NCBI GenBank assembly: GCA_963804955.1
Contig: CAWDSQ010000020.1
Coordinates: 192,001-256,000, forward strand
Length of the DNA stretch: 64,000 nucleotides
Direction of reading: 5' to 3'
From: an uncultured delta proteobacterium
Lineage (GTDB): Bacteria; Desulfobacterota; WTBG01; CAIYCZ01; CAIRTM01
The stretch's first letter is position 1. Each line of letters begins with the position of its first letter. Of the stretch, positions 31,932-43,158 are shown piece by piece. A program made the translations under genes and the position numbers. The notes beneath the pieces are model-generated. The model saw only the letters and a program-made list of their open reading frames with translations, did not search any database and had not been told where the DNA came from.

Positions 31932-33272
31932 ATGGCAGCTCCTTTTCTATTGCTGGTAAATCCCTGGATTTACGACTTTGCCGCCTATGACCTGTGGATA
32001 AGGCCCGTGGGGCTGCTCTCTATTGCGTCGCTGTTGAAAAAAAGCGGCTGCGGGATTCACCTGATCGATTGCCTCGACACACATCACCCCGCCATGAAAA
32101 AATTTGCCGATGCCGCCTCGCTGCAATACCGAGAATTCGGCCAGGGCCGTTTTTTCAAGCAGATCATACCCAAGCCCGAATGCCTGAGCGCAATTCCGAG
32201 AAACTACAGCCGCTATGGTATGTATCCCGGGGTATTTCAGCGCGAGCTTGAAAGCCTGCCGAGGCCCGATGCCGTGCTTGTCGGAACAATGATGACTTAC
32301 TGGTATCCGGGAGTCACGGACTGCATACAAATCATTAAAAATATTTTCCCTGACGTTCCGGTGCTGGCCGGCGGGGTCTATGCAACACTCTGCTCTGATC
32401 ATGCGGGAACATACACAGGTGCTGACCATATTATGCCGGGCCCCTTTGATAACTCTGCCGTAAAAACTCTTGAAGCCATTATCCATAAACCGCTTCAGCC
32501 CGCTGCCGATTATGCAGCGCCCCGCCTGGCCTGCGAGCTTATGAGCTCTAAAAAAGTCATACCCCTTCTGACATCACGCGGATGCCCGCTTCGCTGCCCT
32601 TACTGCGCATCAGGGCTTTTATACCCTGATTTCATCCAGCGCGAGGCTCGAAACGTGGCCGATGAAATCGAATACTGGCATGTTCGGTATGGCACAACCG
32701 ATTTTGCATTGTATGATGATGCCCTGCTCATACATTCAGATACGCATATTGTGCCCCTGCTTGCATCAGTCATAGAGCGCAGCTTGCCGGTACGGTTCCA
32801 TGTGCCCAACGGGCTGCATGTGCGCAATATAGATGAGCGCATTGCCTGTCTTATGCAGAGGGCGGGTGTTAAAACGCTGCGACTTGGCCTGGAATCGGCT
32901 GATGAAAATATGCAAATTGTTACGGGCAGCAAAGCCTCGCGAGATGATTTCACCCGCGCGGCTCAGGCGCTGAAAAATGCCGGATATACAGCCCGTGAGG
33001 TGGGCGCCTACATCCTTGCCGGCCTTCCCGGGCAAAGCGTGCAAAGCGTTCATGATAGTATTGCATTTGTGAAAAATCACGGCCTGAGGCCTTATATCTC
33101 CGAATACTCGCCCATACCGGGAACAGCCTTCTGGGATAAAGCAGTCGCCTGCTCCCCCTTCCCTATTGACAGGGAACCTCTCTTTCATAACAATTCCCTG
33201 CTTCCGTGCAGGTCGCCGTCTTTTACGGTTCATGACCTTGAAACGCTCAAACTTGAGTCAAGAAAAACATAG
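31932..33272 (+). CDS. B12-binding radical SAM protein
   Basis: NPWIYDFAAYDLW, MTYWYPG, GGVYA and SRGCPLRCPYC motifs. Confidence 0.88.
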   Translation: MAAPFLLLVNPWIYDFAAYDLWIRPVGLLSIASLLKKSGCGIHLIDCLDTHHPAMKKFADAASLQYREFGQGRFFKQIIPKPECLSAIPRNYSRYGMYPGVFQRELESLPRPDAVLVGTMMTYWYPGVTDCIQIIKNIFPDVPVLAGGVYATLCSDHAGTYTGADHIMPGPFDNSAVKTLEAIIHKPLQPAADYAAPRLACELMSSKKVIPLLTSRGCPLRCPYCASGLLYPDFIQREARNVADEIEYWHVRYGTTDFALYDDALLIHSDTHIVPLLASVIERSLPVRFHVPNGLHVRNIDERIACLMQRAGVKTLRLGLESADENMQIVTGSKASRDDFTRAAQALKNAGYTAREVGAYILAGLPGQSVQSVHDSIAFVKNHGLRPYISEYSPIPGTAFWDKAVACSPFPIDREPLFHNNSLLPCRSPSFTVHDLETLKLESRKT

Positions 33273-33361
33273 GCATGCTAATATAAATATGTTAAAAATG
33301 GCTCCTAACCTGATATATTAATTTTCTCTGTCTTACATATGAACCTCATAAAGGAGTGCGA

Positions 33362-35969
33362 ATGAAAGTACGAAGGGAAAATTCTGTTTTCATTTGTTGT
33401 TTCTACTGCCTGCTCTCCCTGCACATATTCACACAGGATGCATCGGCATCTTTTTTTGAGCAGATAAACGAAAACGGTTTTGGCAATCAGCACACTACCG
33501 GCGGGCTTGAGCGCCAGACTATGGCGGTGTTTCAGGGCAAGCTGTATGTGGGCGCAGCCAACCGCAATGACGGCGCCGTGTCATGTCCTATGATGAAAAA
33601 ACCTGGGTGCAGACCGCGAAAAACGGATTCGGAAATCCAGCCAATACGGCCATTACCAACCTGTTTGCAACCGATAAAAAACTGTATGCCGGCACCAGCA
33701 ATAAGAGCGGCGGTGAGGTCTGGGAGTATGACGGCGCAAACTGGCGCTGCTTGCACAAGGGCCCCTTCGGTAGTTTCCTCAGCAATTTGGTTATGGGAGT
33801 AGCTTATTACAAAGGGCGCGTATATGTTGGTCTCTGGGATCAGGTGACAACCAAACCGATTGAGGTATGGGCCGGCGACGAACAGGGCAACTGGGAGCTT
33901 GTGAGCATGCCCGGGCTTGGCGACAAAGAAAATGAGGCCATACCCTCAATGACCATCTCAAGCGCTGACGGTACGGAAAAGCTCTATGTTGCCGTCTGGA
34001 AAGACTTTGAATACCGGGGCCCTGACTCGGGCTGCGAGATATGGTCTTTTGACGGGCAGCAGTGGGAAAAGCGAAACCGGGGGCTTGAAGGTTTTGGAGA
34101 ATTAAACAAAGGCCGGCCAGGCATGGAACCGCTGGCCCTGTTTGAGTTCAATAAAAAACTGTATGTCGGGCTCTGGGCATTCGGGAGCGGCCAGCCGGGG
34201 GAATTATGGTCCTTTGACGGCAAGAGACTGGACAAAAGCAGACAAAACCTTGTCCACAACCATGCCAAGCATCTATACCATGGCGTCATGCAAAGACAAG
34301 CTGTATGCTGTTGCCTCTAATGTGCTATGGGAAATTTGAGCTGTGGGAATATGACGAGCGCACCTGGACGAAACTTATCGGCAAAAACAGCCCCACTCCC
34401 GAAAACTTCGGCAACACTGATAACTTTAATATATCAACCATGGTCGGCTATAATGGCAGACTGTATCTCGGCGTCAACAACAATCAAACCGGCTTCAAAG
34501 TTTTTCAAAGCTCGTTTCCTGAAATAGTGCCGACCTTTCAGACAGCAGCGGTCAACACGGTGGATCTCCTGAGGCTGACCGAAGGCATGCAGCCGTCAAA
34601 GTGGACCTCTTCTAATCCGGCCATTGCCACGATAGACCCGGTCACCGGGTATTTTAAAGCAGTTGCACCGGGCACCAGCGTTATCTCGGCGTCGGACGAC
34701 CGCGGCTTTACCGTTGCGTCACGGCAGATCACGGTCACCCAGGGCGAAGCGCCGAAAAAAGATGCTCTTCTTATTTATGCCCGTTTCACGCCTCCCTCTA
34801 CAGGCAATGACGGCTCCATGCCGGTCAAGGCGACCGCCATGCCGTATCTTGTCGGCAATGCCGGAACGTTTGCACAGGCCCGTATCGACCTGTCTGAGAT
34901 TGGCGGCGCAATGCAGGACATGTTTGACGACGGCACTCACGGCGATGCGCAGAAAAATGACGGCGTTTTTACCTGTGAGATTACCATTCCGAAAAATACC
35001 AAAGCCCGGCAACTATACCTTCCCTGTTACCGGAACCACCAGCACAAATCTCAGCGGGCAGGGCCAGGCTGTTCTCAGCGTAAAGATTGGCCTACACGGT
35101 CCCGGAACTGGTCTACCTCAAAGCCAAAGACAGCGTCTATCATATTCCCGTGATGTTCGCCCTGCGCGACCGGGATGGCGATGACAATGCAGTCACATTT
35201 GAATACCAGCAGGATGGCGGCCCCTGGAGCCCCGCAACCGTGTACTCGCAGTCCGGCATGCTGACAAGCTCCGCTGCACCAGGCGGCAAGATGAATAAGC
35301 TTGCAAAGCTTAAAACAAACCGGGAGCAAAATCATTATGTCTGTGTCTGGGAATCCGAGAAGGATATCGGCCAGTCTGCCGGCACGTACCGCCTGCGCGC
35401 CACGCCGGCTGACGCGAAATCGGCAGGCGCAGCCCTGATATCCGAACCCATAAAAGTCGACAATCAGTCGCCGCCAAAAGACGAGATGGTCTTCGTGCCC
35501 AACGGCAATTTTTATATCGATAAATACGAGTTCCCCAATCACTACGGCTACTATCCGCTGCTGCGCACAACCTGGAAGGAAGCCTGCGCCGAGTGCAATA
35601 AACAGGGCAAGGAACTGTGCACCCCCGAGCAGTGGGAAGCGGCCTATTATGGCAATAAAAAGCTGCGATTTCCCTATGGCACCGAGGGCAAGGTCAGACG
35701 GCAGGGATTACTGCAATACCTATGGCTCCATGGACAATGCCGCCGTGCCCTCAGGCCTCTATGAGAATTGCGTGAATGATCTGGGCATTTACGACATGGG
35801 CGGCAATGTGTATGAGTGGTCAAGCCGGAGTGCGAAGGAAGTGTTCATGGCAGACCAGAGCTACCTGTTGACATCAATTGATGCAGCTCTTATCAATGTT
35901 GAGGGTGCGGACCATCGCCATGAATTTCTCGGACACCGATGCTGCAAAGCTGCTGAAAAAAGCAAGTAA
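33362..35969 (+). CDS. Large secreted modular protein: beta-propeller repeats, Big_2 Ig-like, choice-of-anchor-X-like motif and C-terminal FGE-sulfatase-fold domain; at least four frameshifts
   Basis: Signal peptide; repeated GFGN...F.GKLYVG...EVW.YDG..W; WTSSNPAIATID; MFDDGTHGDAQKNDGVF; FYIDKYE...CTPEQWE...FPYG...GIYDMGGNVYEW...GHRCC. Confidence 0.75.
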
Positions 35970-36006
35970 AGCGTTGCTGATGCTGTATTGAATCAGCCCT
36001 GAGAAT

Positions 36007-36064
36007 AAAAAAGTCCGGAAGATGTTATGCCAGTATGTACGGCCTAACTCTCCGGACTTTTTTT
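36007..36064. terminator. Bidirectional terminator-like inverted repeat
   Basis: AAAAAAGTCCGGA...TCCGGACTTTTTT between convergent genes. Confidence 0.6.
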
Positions 36065-36130
36065 GCAAAGTATCGCAGGCTGTGCTGCGCTTCTGTGCTA
36101 CGAATTATTTGTTACGGCATGCACGCAGTC

Positions 36131-36675
36131 TCACACACCGGCTGACCGCTCCCGCCGCACCCTGGTTCTGCATCGTATACATAGCCGACGAATGCGATGA
36201 TTATACCTGTCTGCAATATAGAATGCACCGGTTCTGTCAACGACGACACCCGCAGGATAGTAGAGTTCAGCTCCTGTTGCAGGCCCGTTATCTCCTGAAT
36301 ACCCTGAATCGCCCGTGCCGGCAACAGTGGTAATGGTGCCGTTGGCTGCGACTTTCCGAATACAGTGATTATTCGTATCGGCAATGTAGAGATTGCCGCT
36401 GCTGTCTACAGCTGTGCCTAAAGGATACCGCAGTTCTGCTTCCGTAGCTGCCGCGCCATCACCGCCATAGCCTGAGCTGCCCGTGCCTGCAAAGGCGGTG
36501 ATCGTGGCACCTGCAGTAACTTTTCGAATTGCGTGATTATAGTTATCGGAAATATAGATATTTCCGGCAGGGTCCACTGTTACCCCCCTCGGCTTATCAA
36601 ACCTGCACGCCGTAGCAGGCCCGTTGTCGCCGGTATAGCCTGAAAGCTCTGCAGTGCCCGCAACTTTTTCTATAA
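36131..36675 (-). pseudogene. NHL-repeat (teneurin-like) fragment without a clear start or signal peptide
   Basis: Three repeats of I.T.AGTG..GY.GD.G.AT.A.L..P.GVAVD..GN.YIAD..NH.IR; frame extends upstream only to a stop beside the previous gene's end. Confidence 0.65.
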
Positions 36676-36708
36676 ACCACTCTGCCTGAGAACACCACTG
36701 CCTTTATT

Positions 36709-37442
36709 TTATTTTGCCGCACAGCTCTGAATCGCACCTTTTTCCGCTCCGCTGATATAACCGGCACTTTTCCACTCATTGGTAAGATGGGCGACACAGC
36801 TGACAAATTGCCCGTGATTTTTTGCCTCAACAGAACACTGTGCTATAAGGTCGCTCATCGTGCAGCCACCTTCAAAAATCACATTAAGAACCCCGCTATT
36901 GCAGCTGTCTATAATTATAGTTTCTGTAAGTATTGATTCAGGACAGTTATCTTCCGCATCAGAAATACCGTCGCCGTCTGTATCAAGATACTCACAGGCA
37001 GGCAGTCCGCAGCCTCCGCAGCCGGCGGTTGTATCGCATACATCTCCTATGCCATCGCCATCGGCGTCAAGCTGCAAGGGGTTGGCTAAGCTCGGGCAGT
37101 TATCAAGATAATCTTGAATCCCGTCGCCGTCTGTATCAAGATACTCACAGGCAGGCAGTCCGCAGCCGGGGAAAAGTCCGCAGCCGGGTGTGACATCGCA
37201 CACATCGCCAATGTTATCACCATCAGCATCAAGCTGCTGAGGATTGTATTTGTACAGACAATTATCAACGGCATCGGAAATACCATCACCATCGGCATCG
37301 TCAGAGCCTTGAAGAATAGCGCCCTTACTGCCGACTGAAAGAATCTGCGTCCAACATATGCGGTTGACTGCGCAAAAATATCGTGCACAACTGTTACAGC
37401 AAACAAAATTACTATTAAAATAATAAAAGCTGCTTTATTCAA
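36709..37442 (-). CDS. Secreted thrombospondin type-3 repeat protein with Cys-rich C-terminal domain (frameshift after the signal peptide)
   Basis: DADGDG..D..DNC...NP.QLDADGD.IGDVCD repeats; [12 protein letters not shown]...KGAIQSCAA tail; TTG start with GGAGG SD. Confidence 0.78.
36968..37167. repeat. Intragenic direct repeat, identical ~47-bp cores 153 bp apart
   Basis: CCGTCGCCGTCTGTATCAAGATACTCACAGGCAGGCAGTCCGCAGCC at 36968 and 37121. Confidence 0.9.
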
Positions 37443-37638
37443 TTCACCCTCCCTTGAAATAATTTAAAGTTTATAAAAAAAATAAACTTTATTACTTTTA
37501 TTTATTTTTTGACCCTATACCCATGATCCCACACCACAACTGGTATTTAGAATGTAAAAAATTTGTCGATCACTTTACGATCATTTAAACAGACACCATG
37601 AACACATACATGCTCAACAAAATTTAATAGATAAACAT

Positions 37639-37654
37639 TACAACTTACGTGCCA
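37639..37654 (-). promoter_or_regulatory. Possible sigma-54 promoter for the TSP3 gene
   Basis: Minus strand TGGCACG-TAAG-TTGTA versus consensus TGGCACG-N4-TTGCW (one mismatch at -12), inside a very AT-rich region. Confidence 0.35.
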
Positions 37655-37975
37655 AAAAAAATTTGGTTAACTTGAAAAAAAAATTAAAAGTAAATAAATA
37701 TTAATTAATTTTATTCTTTAAACAAATTTTGATTGTTTTTTAAAAGTTAAATCGTGCTGCAAACGACAAACAAAGTACTGGAAAATTAAATAAAAATTTA
37801 AAGTTACTCAGGCTGCATACAGTGCTTAAGCGAAAATAATAGCTCAAAATGATCAACTATTATCGTTTTAATTTAATCAAAATGAGCACATAGCAAGGGA
37901 TTTGGATACGGAAATGTAGCCACTATCTGGGTCGTTCTATAAGTAATGAGCCCTCAAAGGGTGCATAACACACTT

Positions 37976-38098
37976 CCCCTCATCCCGACCTTCTCCCCTT
38001 TTAAGGGGAGAAGGAGTTCGCATATCGGCGCTCATGTACTGCTCACACAACAATGCTTCCTCGCCCCTGAAAAGAGGGAGAGGATTGAGGCGAGGGGG
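37976..38098. repeat. REP-like extragenic palindromic element
   Basis: CCCCTCATCCCGACCTTCTCCCC-TTTTAA-GGGGAGAAGG ... CCTCGCCCCT...GGGAGAGGATTGAGGCGAGGGGG; two inverted halves, each with an internal hairpin. Confidence 0.7.
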
Positions 38099-38390
38099 TA
38101 AGCCTGATTCATTTTTTTTGACCTTTAACCTCCCGAGTTCTGCAGAATCTATCCGGGAGGGGGCACAGCTATAAAAGGGCAATTAATTATTAAGCATTCT
38201 TTTCCCCCGAAACGCTCAGAAGCTTTTTGGGTCGCACGGCCATAGGCCATGGGTTTATAAATCAACTAATTTGGAGGGAAAAAGGGTTTTAATGGGATTG
38301 TAAAGCAGCCTTGCGGTTTGATACAGGCGAAGGGAATGAAAAAGGGGGGATGCCGCTATACAGCATCCCCCGTACTGCTTTAAAAAAAAT

Positions 38391-38918
38391 TTATAAAGCT
38401 TTTTCAGGCATGAGCAGTGAGAAATAAGCTGGCTTTTTGATACCCATCCATCCGTGATGCGAATCAGCACATTCCCGCAATTGATTGACCATATCAAGAA
38501 TCAAGGCTCGCTGATCTGCGGTAAGTAACTGAACAGCCGTCAGCTCGGCATGAAGAATGATGTCTGCTATTTGCGTCTGTAGAACCAGCATGGCATCAAT
38601 TTGTGACTCTGCCGTTGCATTGTCAATTTCTGCGGCCAAAAATGTATCAGTCAGTTGATTCTGAACATCAATTATCTGCGTTGCCAGAGCTTCCGTCTTA
38701 TTGTCGGTCTCTTCTTTTAATGCCTTCAGTGCATCTTTCTGTTCGTCGGTTATATCAATATTTTTTATAAACTTAATCATTTCCCATCGGGATATGCAGT
38801 GCCTGCCCATAATGCCCCTTTTTTGCGGCTGGGCTTCACCAAGGGCAAAAGCCGATGAGTTTATGAGAAATGAAAAACTGACAAGCATGGCACAGAATAA
38901 AAAAACATTTTTCTTCAT
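38391..38918 (-). CDS. Spy/CpxP-family periplasmic protein
   Basis: Signal peptide; ITDEQK and LTADQR (LTxxQ) motifs; helical. Confidence 0.75.
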   Translation of the reverse strand: MKKNVFLFCAMLVSFSFLINSSAFALGEAQPQKRGIMGRHCISRWEMIKFIKNIDITDEQKDALKALKEETDNKTEALATQIIDVQNQLTDTFLAAEIDNATAESQIDAMLVLQTQIADIILHAELTAVQLLTADQRALILDMVNQLRECADSHHGWMGIKKPAYFSLLMPEKAL

Positions 38919-39200
38919 ACGTAACCTCCTTCTGATAAATTAAGCAAAAAAACACCAATTTTAAACACTATATTTTTACTAACACATGCAGAGACAAATA
39001 GTTACCGCCAGGCTGAATAATTTTTCCCTTGACGGTCGTATATGGAGCATAAAAGGTAAAAGTGTACCGCATATAAAACAATGGGTACATAAGCTGTATT
39101 TTGATGAATTAAAAGGCCGGAAGGATATTAAAAGAATGAATGTACAGCTAAAGCTGCAACACTGGCAGAGGCAACCACAATAAAATTTAATCCAATACCT

Positions 39201-40302
39201 TTAAAGAATCGTTAGAGTGTGGGAATGGCCATTATTCTTAAGAAGCAATAGCTGGCTATCGCAGGCGACAAAAGCATCGACAATGCGGGGATCAAATTGT
39301 GTACCCCTGTTCTGTTTAATGATACGACGAGCATCATCATGGGTCTTGCCAGCCCGGTAAATCCGGTCTGAGGTAATGGCGTCATAGGCATCGGCAACAG
39401 CGACTATGCGCGCTGAAAGCGGGATGTTGTCGCCGCTGAGGCCACGGGGATATCCTGTGCCGTCCCAGCGCTCATGGTGGCAGTAGGCTATCTGCTTGCC
39501 CAGTGTAAAAAATGACCGCCCTTCCATTCGCTCCTCAATTGCTGTCAGCGCATCACCTCCAACCGCTGTATGAATTTTCATGGTTTCAAATTCCTCGGGC
39601 GTTAAAGCCACCCGGCTTTAAAAGAATAATATCGGGGATACCAACTTTACCGATATCATGAAGCACTGAGGACAGCACGAGGTCATCAACATACTCATCG
39701 GTGATATAGGAGTCAAGAGGCGGCGTTCGGCGAAGTTCACCAGCGATAATGCGGCATACCTCGCTGACCCGCTCAAGGTGCTGGCCGGTTTGGCGGTCAC
39801 GGCACTCGCTGAGTTTTGCCATTCCGATGACGGTTTCTGCCCGCGCTTTTTTCAGTTTTTCATATGCTTCACATACTTCAATATTCAAACGCTTGAGGCC
39901 TTCGCGCTCATGTATAATTTTCTCCTGCTGCTTCCCGACCAATGCTCCGGCAAGCACAAGGAAACATCCCCAGGTAAGAACAAAAGCAACAACCTGCTCA
40001 ACATCCTGGGGAGGCTGATACTGTTCAGGGGAGACAGCTGCATGAAACAGAACGACTCCGAGACAAAACACGGCTCCCGGAACAGACAGGCGTATCCCCA
40101 CATAATATCCGGCCAAAATGATCGGAAGAAAAAAGAAATTAAGAAATGAAATGTTGTTGGGGACGAAATAGGTAATAAACGAGGCTGCAAATATGCTGAC
40201 GAGAATAAAAATTTTCTCGAAATTACTTTGAATGAATTGGGGGAGCTTTGTCAATATAAACCTCAACCCTGCACTAAGCATTTTACTGAATGATGCCGCC
40301 AT
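39201..40302 (-). CDS. Membrane-anchored HD-GYP cyclic-dinucleotide phosphodiesterase (one frameshift near 39610)
   Basis: N-terminal TM helices; [36 protein letters not shown] and GTQFDP motifs. Confidence 0.88.
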
Positions 40303-40418
40303 TGAAACATTGATACATACTGAGGCAGGACCAGCGCACTCTTATACACTACTATAAGACGGGGTAAGAATTCCAGTCAAGTCAAAAATAACTCGTACAG
40401 CGCGCTACAAAAAAATAT

Positions 40419-42012
40419 TTATTCAACGCCCTGACTTTGAAGATAATTTTCATAGTCGCCGGTGAAGTCGGTGATACCATCGGGCTTCAGCTCGATGATG
40501 CGCGTTGCAACGGATGAAACAAATTCCCGGTCATGGCTTACAAAAACAAGTGTGCCGGGATAATTTTCCAGCGCATAATTGAGGGCCTCTATGGATTCCA
40601 TGTCCATGTGGTTGGTGGGCTCATCCATCACCATGACATTGGGCTGCTGGAGAATCAGTTTGCCGAACAGCAGGCGCCCCTGCTCTCCGCCGGAAATAAT
40701 ATTAACCGATTTATAAATATCATCTTTAGGAAACAGGAGACGCCCCAAAGTGCTGCGCAGCACCTGCTCATCCTGGCCAGCCGGCTTCCACTGGTTAAGC
40801 CAGTCAACAAGCGTCATCTCGGAGGCGAAGTCTGCGGCATGGTCCTGTGCAAAATAGCCGATATTGGCATTTTCAGACCATTTAACAGCGCCCGCATCCG
40901 GTAGCAGATCACCGACGAGGCAGCGCAGCAGCGTTGTTTTGCCGATACCATTGGGGCCGATAACGGCGATACGCTCCCCGGCCTTGATCATCAGGTTGAG
41001 GCCCTTAAACAGCGGTACGCCGTCATAGCCTTTGCTCAGACCCGTAATCTCGACTACCAGACGAAAAAGCTTTTTTTCCTGCTCAAAGCGGATAAACGGG
41101 CTGACCCGGCTTGACGGCTTTATATCTTCCAGCTTAATCTTCTCTATCTGCCGTGCGCGCGAAGTTGCCTGCTTCGCCTTGGAGGCATTGGCTGAAAATC
41201 GGCTCACAAAAGTGCGCAGTTCGGCTATCTGCGCCTTTTTCTTGGCATTGCTGGACAGTAAGCCGCTCCCTGGCCTGGCTGGCGGCGGTCATGTACTCAT
41301 CGTAATTTCCCGGGTAGACGCGGAGTTCACCGTAGTCCAGGTCAGCCATATGCGTGCAGACGCTGTTCAAAAAATGGCGGTCATGCGAGATAATGATCAT
41401 CGTGCTGTTGCGCGCATTGAGAATGCTTTCCAGCCAGCGGATGGTATTAATATCAAGGTTATTGGTAGGCTCGTCCAGCAGCATGATATCCGGGTCGGCA
41501 AACAGAGCCTGGGCCAGCAGCACGCGCAGCTTCCAGCCCGGCGCTACGGCGCGCATAAGTCCGTTGTGCTGCTCAAGGGGTATGCCGACGCCAAGCAGCA
41601 GCTCGCCGGCATCGGACTCTGCATTATACCCGCCCATTTCGGAAAACTCGGCTTCGAGTTCGGCTACTTTCATGCCGTCTTCGTCACTCATTTCAGCAAG
41701 GCCGTAGATACGGTCGCGCTCCTGTTTCACCAGCCACAGCCCGGTATGCCCCATAATGACGGTATCCATAACCGTACAATCCTCAAAGGCAAACTGGTCC
41801 TGTCTTAGCTTGCCGACACGTTCATGGGGATCAACAGAAACTGTGCCGACAGTCGGTTCCATGTCGCCGCCGAGTATCTTCATGAGCGTCGACTTACCGC
41901 AGCCATTGGCGCCTATAAGGCCATAGCGATTGCCTTCGCCGAACTTTACAGAGATATGCTCAAACAGGGGCTTTTCCCCGAACTGAATGGCAAGATTGAA
42001 TGTAGAGATCAA
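40419..42012 (-). CDS. ybiT: ABC-F family ATPase, YbiT-like (one frameshift near 41260)
   Basis: Two ABC cassettes ([18 protein letters not shown]), [30 protein letters not shown] linker; no TM helices. Confidence 0.88.
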
Positions 42013-42089
42013 AACAGTGCTCCGGATTATAATGTTTGTATGCAGCCTCTATGCGCACGGTCCTGCATGGTAATCATAACGATCAAAAA

Positions 42090-42230
42090 AAGGATGACAG
42101 AGAGAAAAGCTCCTGATGCAGGCGCACACATCCGAAGTAGTGAGGCGTGGCTACACTGTACGTTGCAGCGTCAATTGATATGCACGGTTCCGATAGGATC
42201 AGAACTGGGGGTCTTTTTCAACGGCCTGTC
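42090..42230. repeat. Degenerate MITE/REP-like intergenic element
   Basis: GAAAAGCTCCTGATGCAGGCGC...GTGAGGCGT...GTACGTTGCAGCG...TTTTTCAACGGCCTG resembles a multicopy intergenic element recalled from Geobacter-like genomes; not verified. Confidence 0.45.
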
Positions 42231-42369
42231 ATAAAGTTTAGTGTATTATACCACAGCTGCCGTCATTTACCTAAAATATAATTCCCGCTGATGCACATGC
42301 GGGGGCTTCTGCTGCAAATAAATCACGGCAGCAGCAGCCGGATTGCAGCACAAATAAGGGTGCCTGTGT

Positions 42370-42885
42370 TTAAGGATCAACAGATACGTCTACTATTGTC
42401 AGATAAATATCGCCAAGGGGGCGGCGCACCAGAACTTCATCCTCCAGTCTTTTGCCGAGCAGGGCTTTTCCCATGGGCGATTCCATGCTGATTTCTGCTC
42501 GCTTACTGTCCCACTCGTCAGCTCCAACGATGCGGTACCGCTTTGTCTGGCCTTCTTCATCCTCAACAGTCACATAACAGCCAAAGTAAATCCGGCCGTC
42601 TGCCCTGGGCTTTTCCGTCACCATGGTAACAGCATCCATCCTTTTGCCAAGAAACCGGAGCCGCCGGTCAATTTCTGCAACCTGACGCTTGCGGTACAGA
42701 TATTCCGCATTTTCAGACCGGTCTCCTTCTGCTGCTGCATCAGCCAGTGCGCTTACAACCTGTGGCCGTTTTACTGTCCATAAATAGTTGGCCTCTTCTT
42801 CGAGGCGTCGATATCCATCGGCTGTTATATATTGGACTGCTCCGGTTGCTGTGCCTGAATGCTTTTGCTCTCGGGTTCGTACCAT
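42370..42885 (-). CDS. greB: Transcription elongation factor GreB
   Basis: YLW..KRP.V, AAAEGDRSENAEY, EIDRRLRFL and IS.ESP.GKALLGK; GAGGAG SD. Confidence 0.92.
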   Translation of the reverse strand: MVRTREQKHSGTATGAVQYITADGYRRLEEEANYLWTVKRPQVVSALADAAAEGDRSENAEYLYRKRQVAEIDRRLRFLGKRMDAVTMVTEKPRADGRIYFGCYVTVEDEEGQTKRYRIVGADEWDSKRAEISMESPMGKALLGKRLEDEVLVRRPLGDIYLTIVDVSVDP

Positions 42886-43158
42886 TGCACTGCTCCTCGT
42901 ATTGCAGCAACAAATAAAGTCGAGTTCATGGGCATGCAGCTCTGACATCTCATACTCTTATATATCGCAGGCAGGCATGTCAACCTGTAAGTTTTCAAAC
43001 ATTCCAAGGATCGATTCATTTATAATAAAAAATATCGTGACCGACATGTTAGATTGAATTCTAAAACTCATTTTGATATGCTAAGCATGTATGTAAAGTA
43101 ACGCATTTTAATCATCCATGCAGTCCACCCCCGATGGTTCAAACTCACTGAGGCCTCT

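Noticed and set aside
36968..37167. CRISPR-like repeat
   Set aside because: Only two copies, in-frame coding repeats of a TSP3 protein, and no cas genes.
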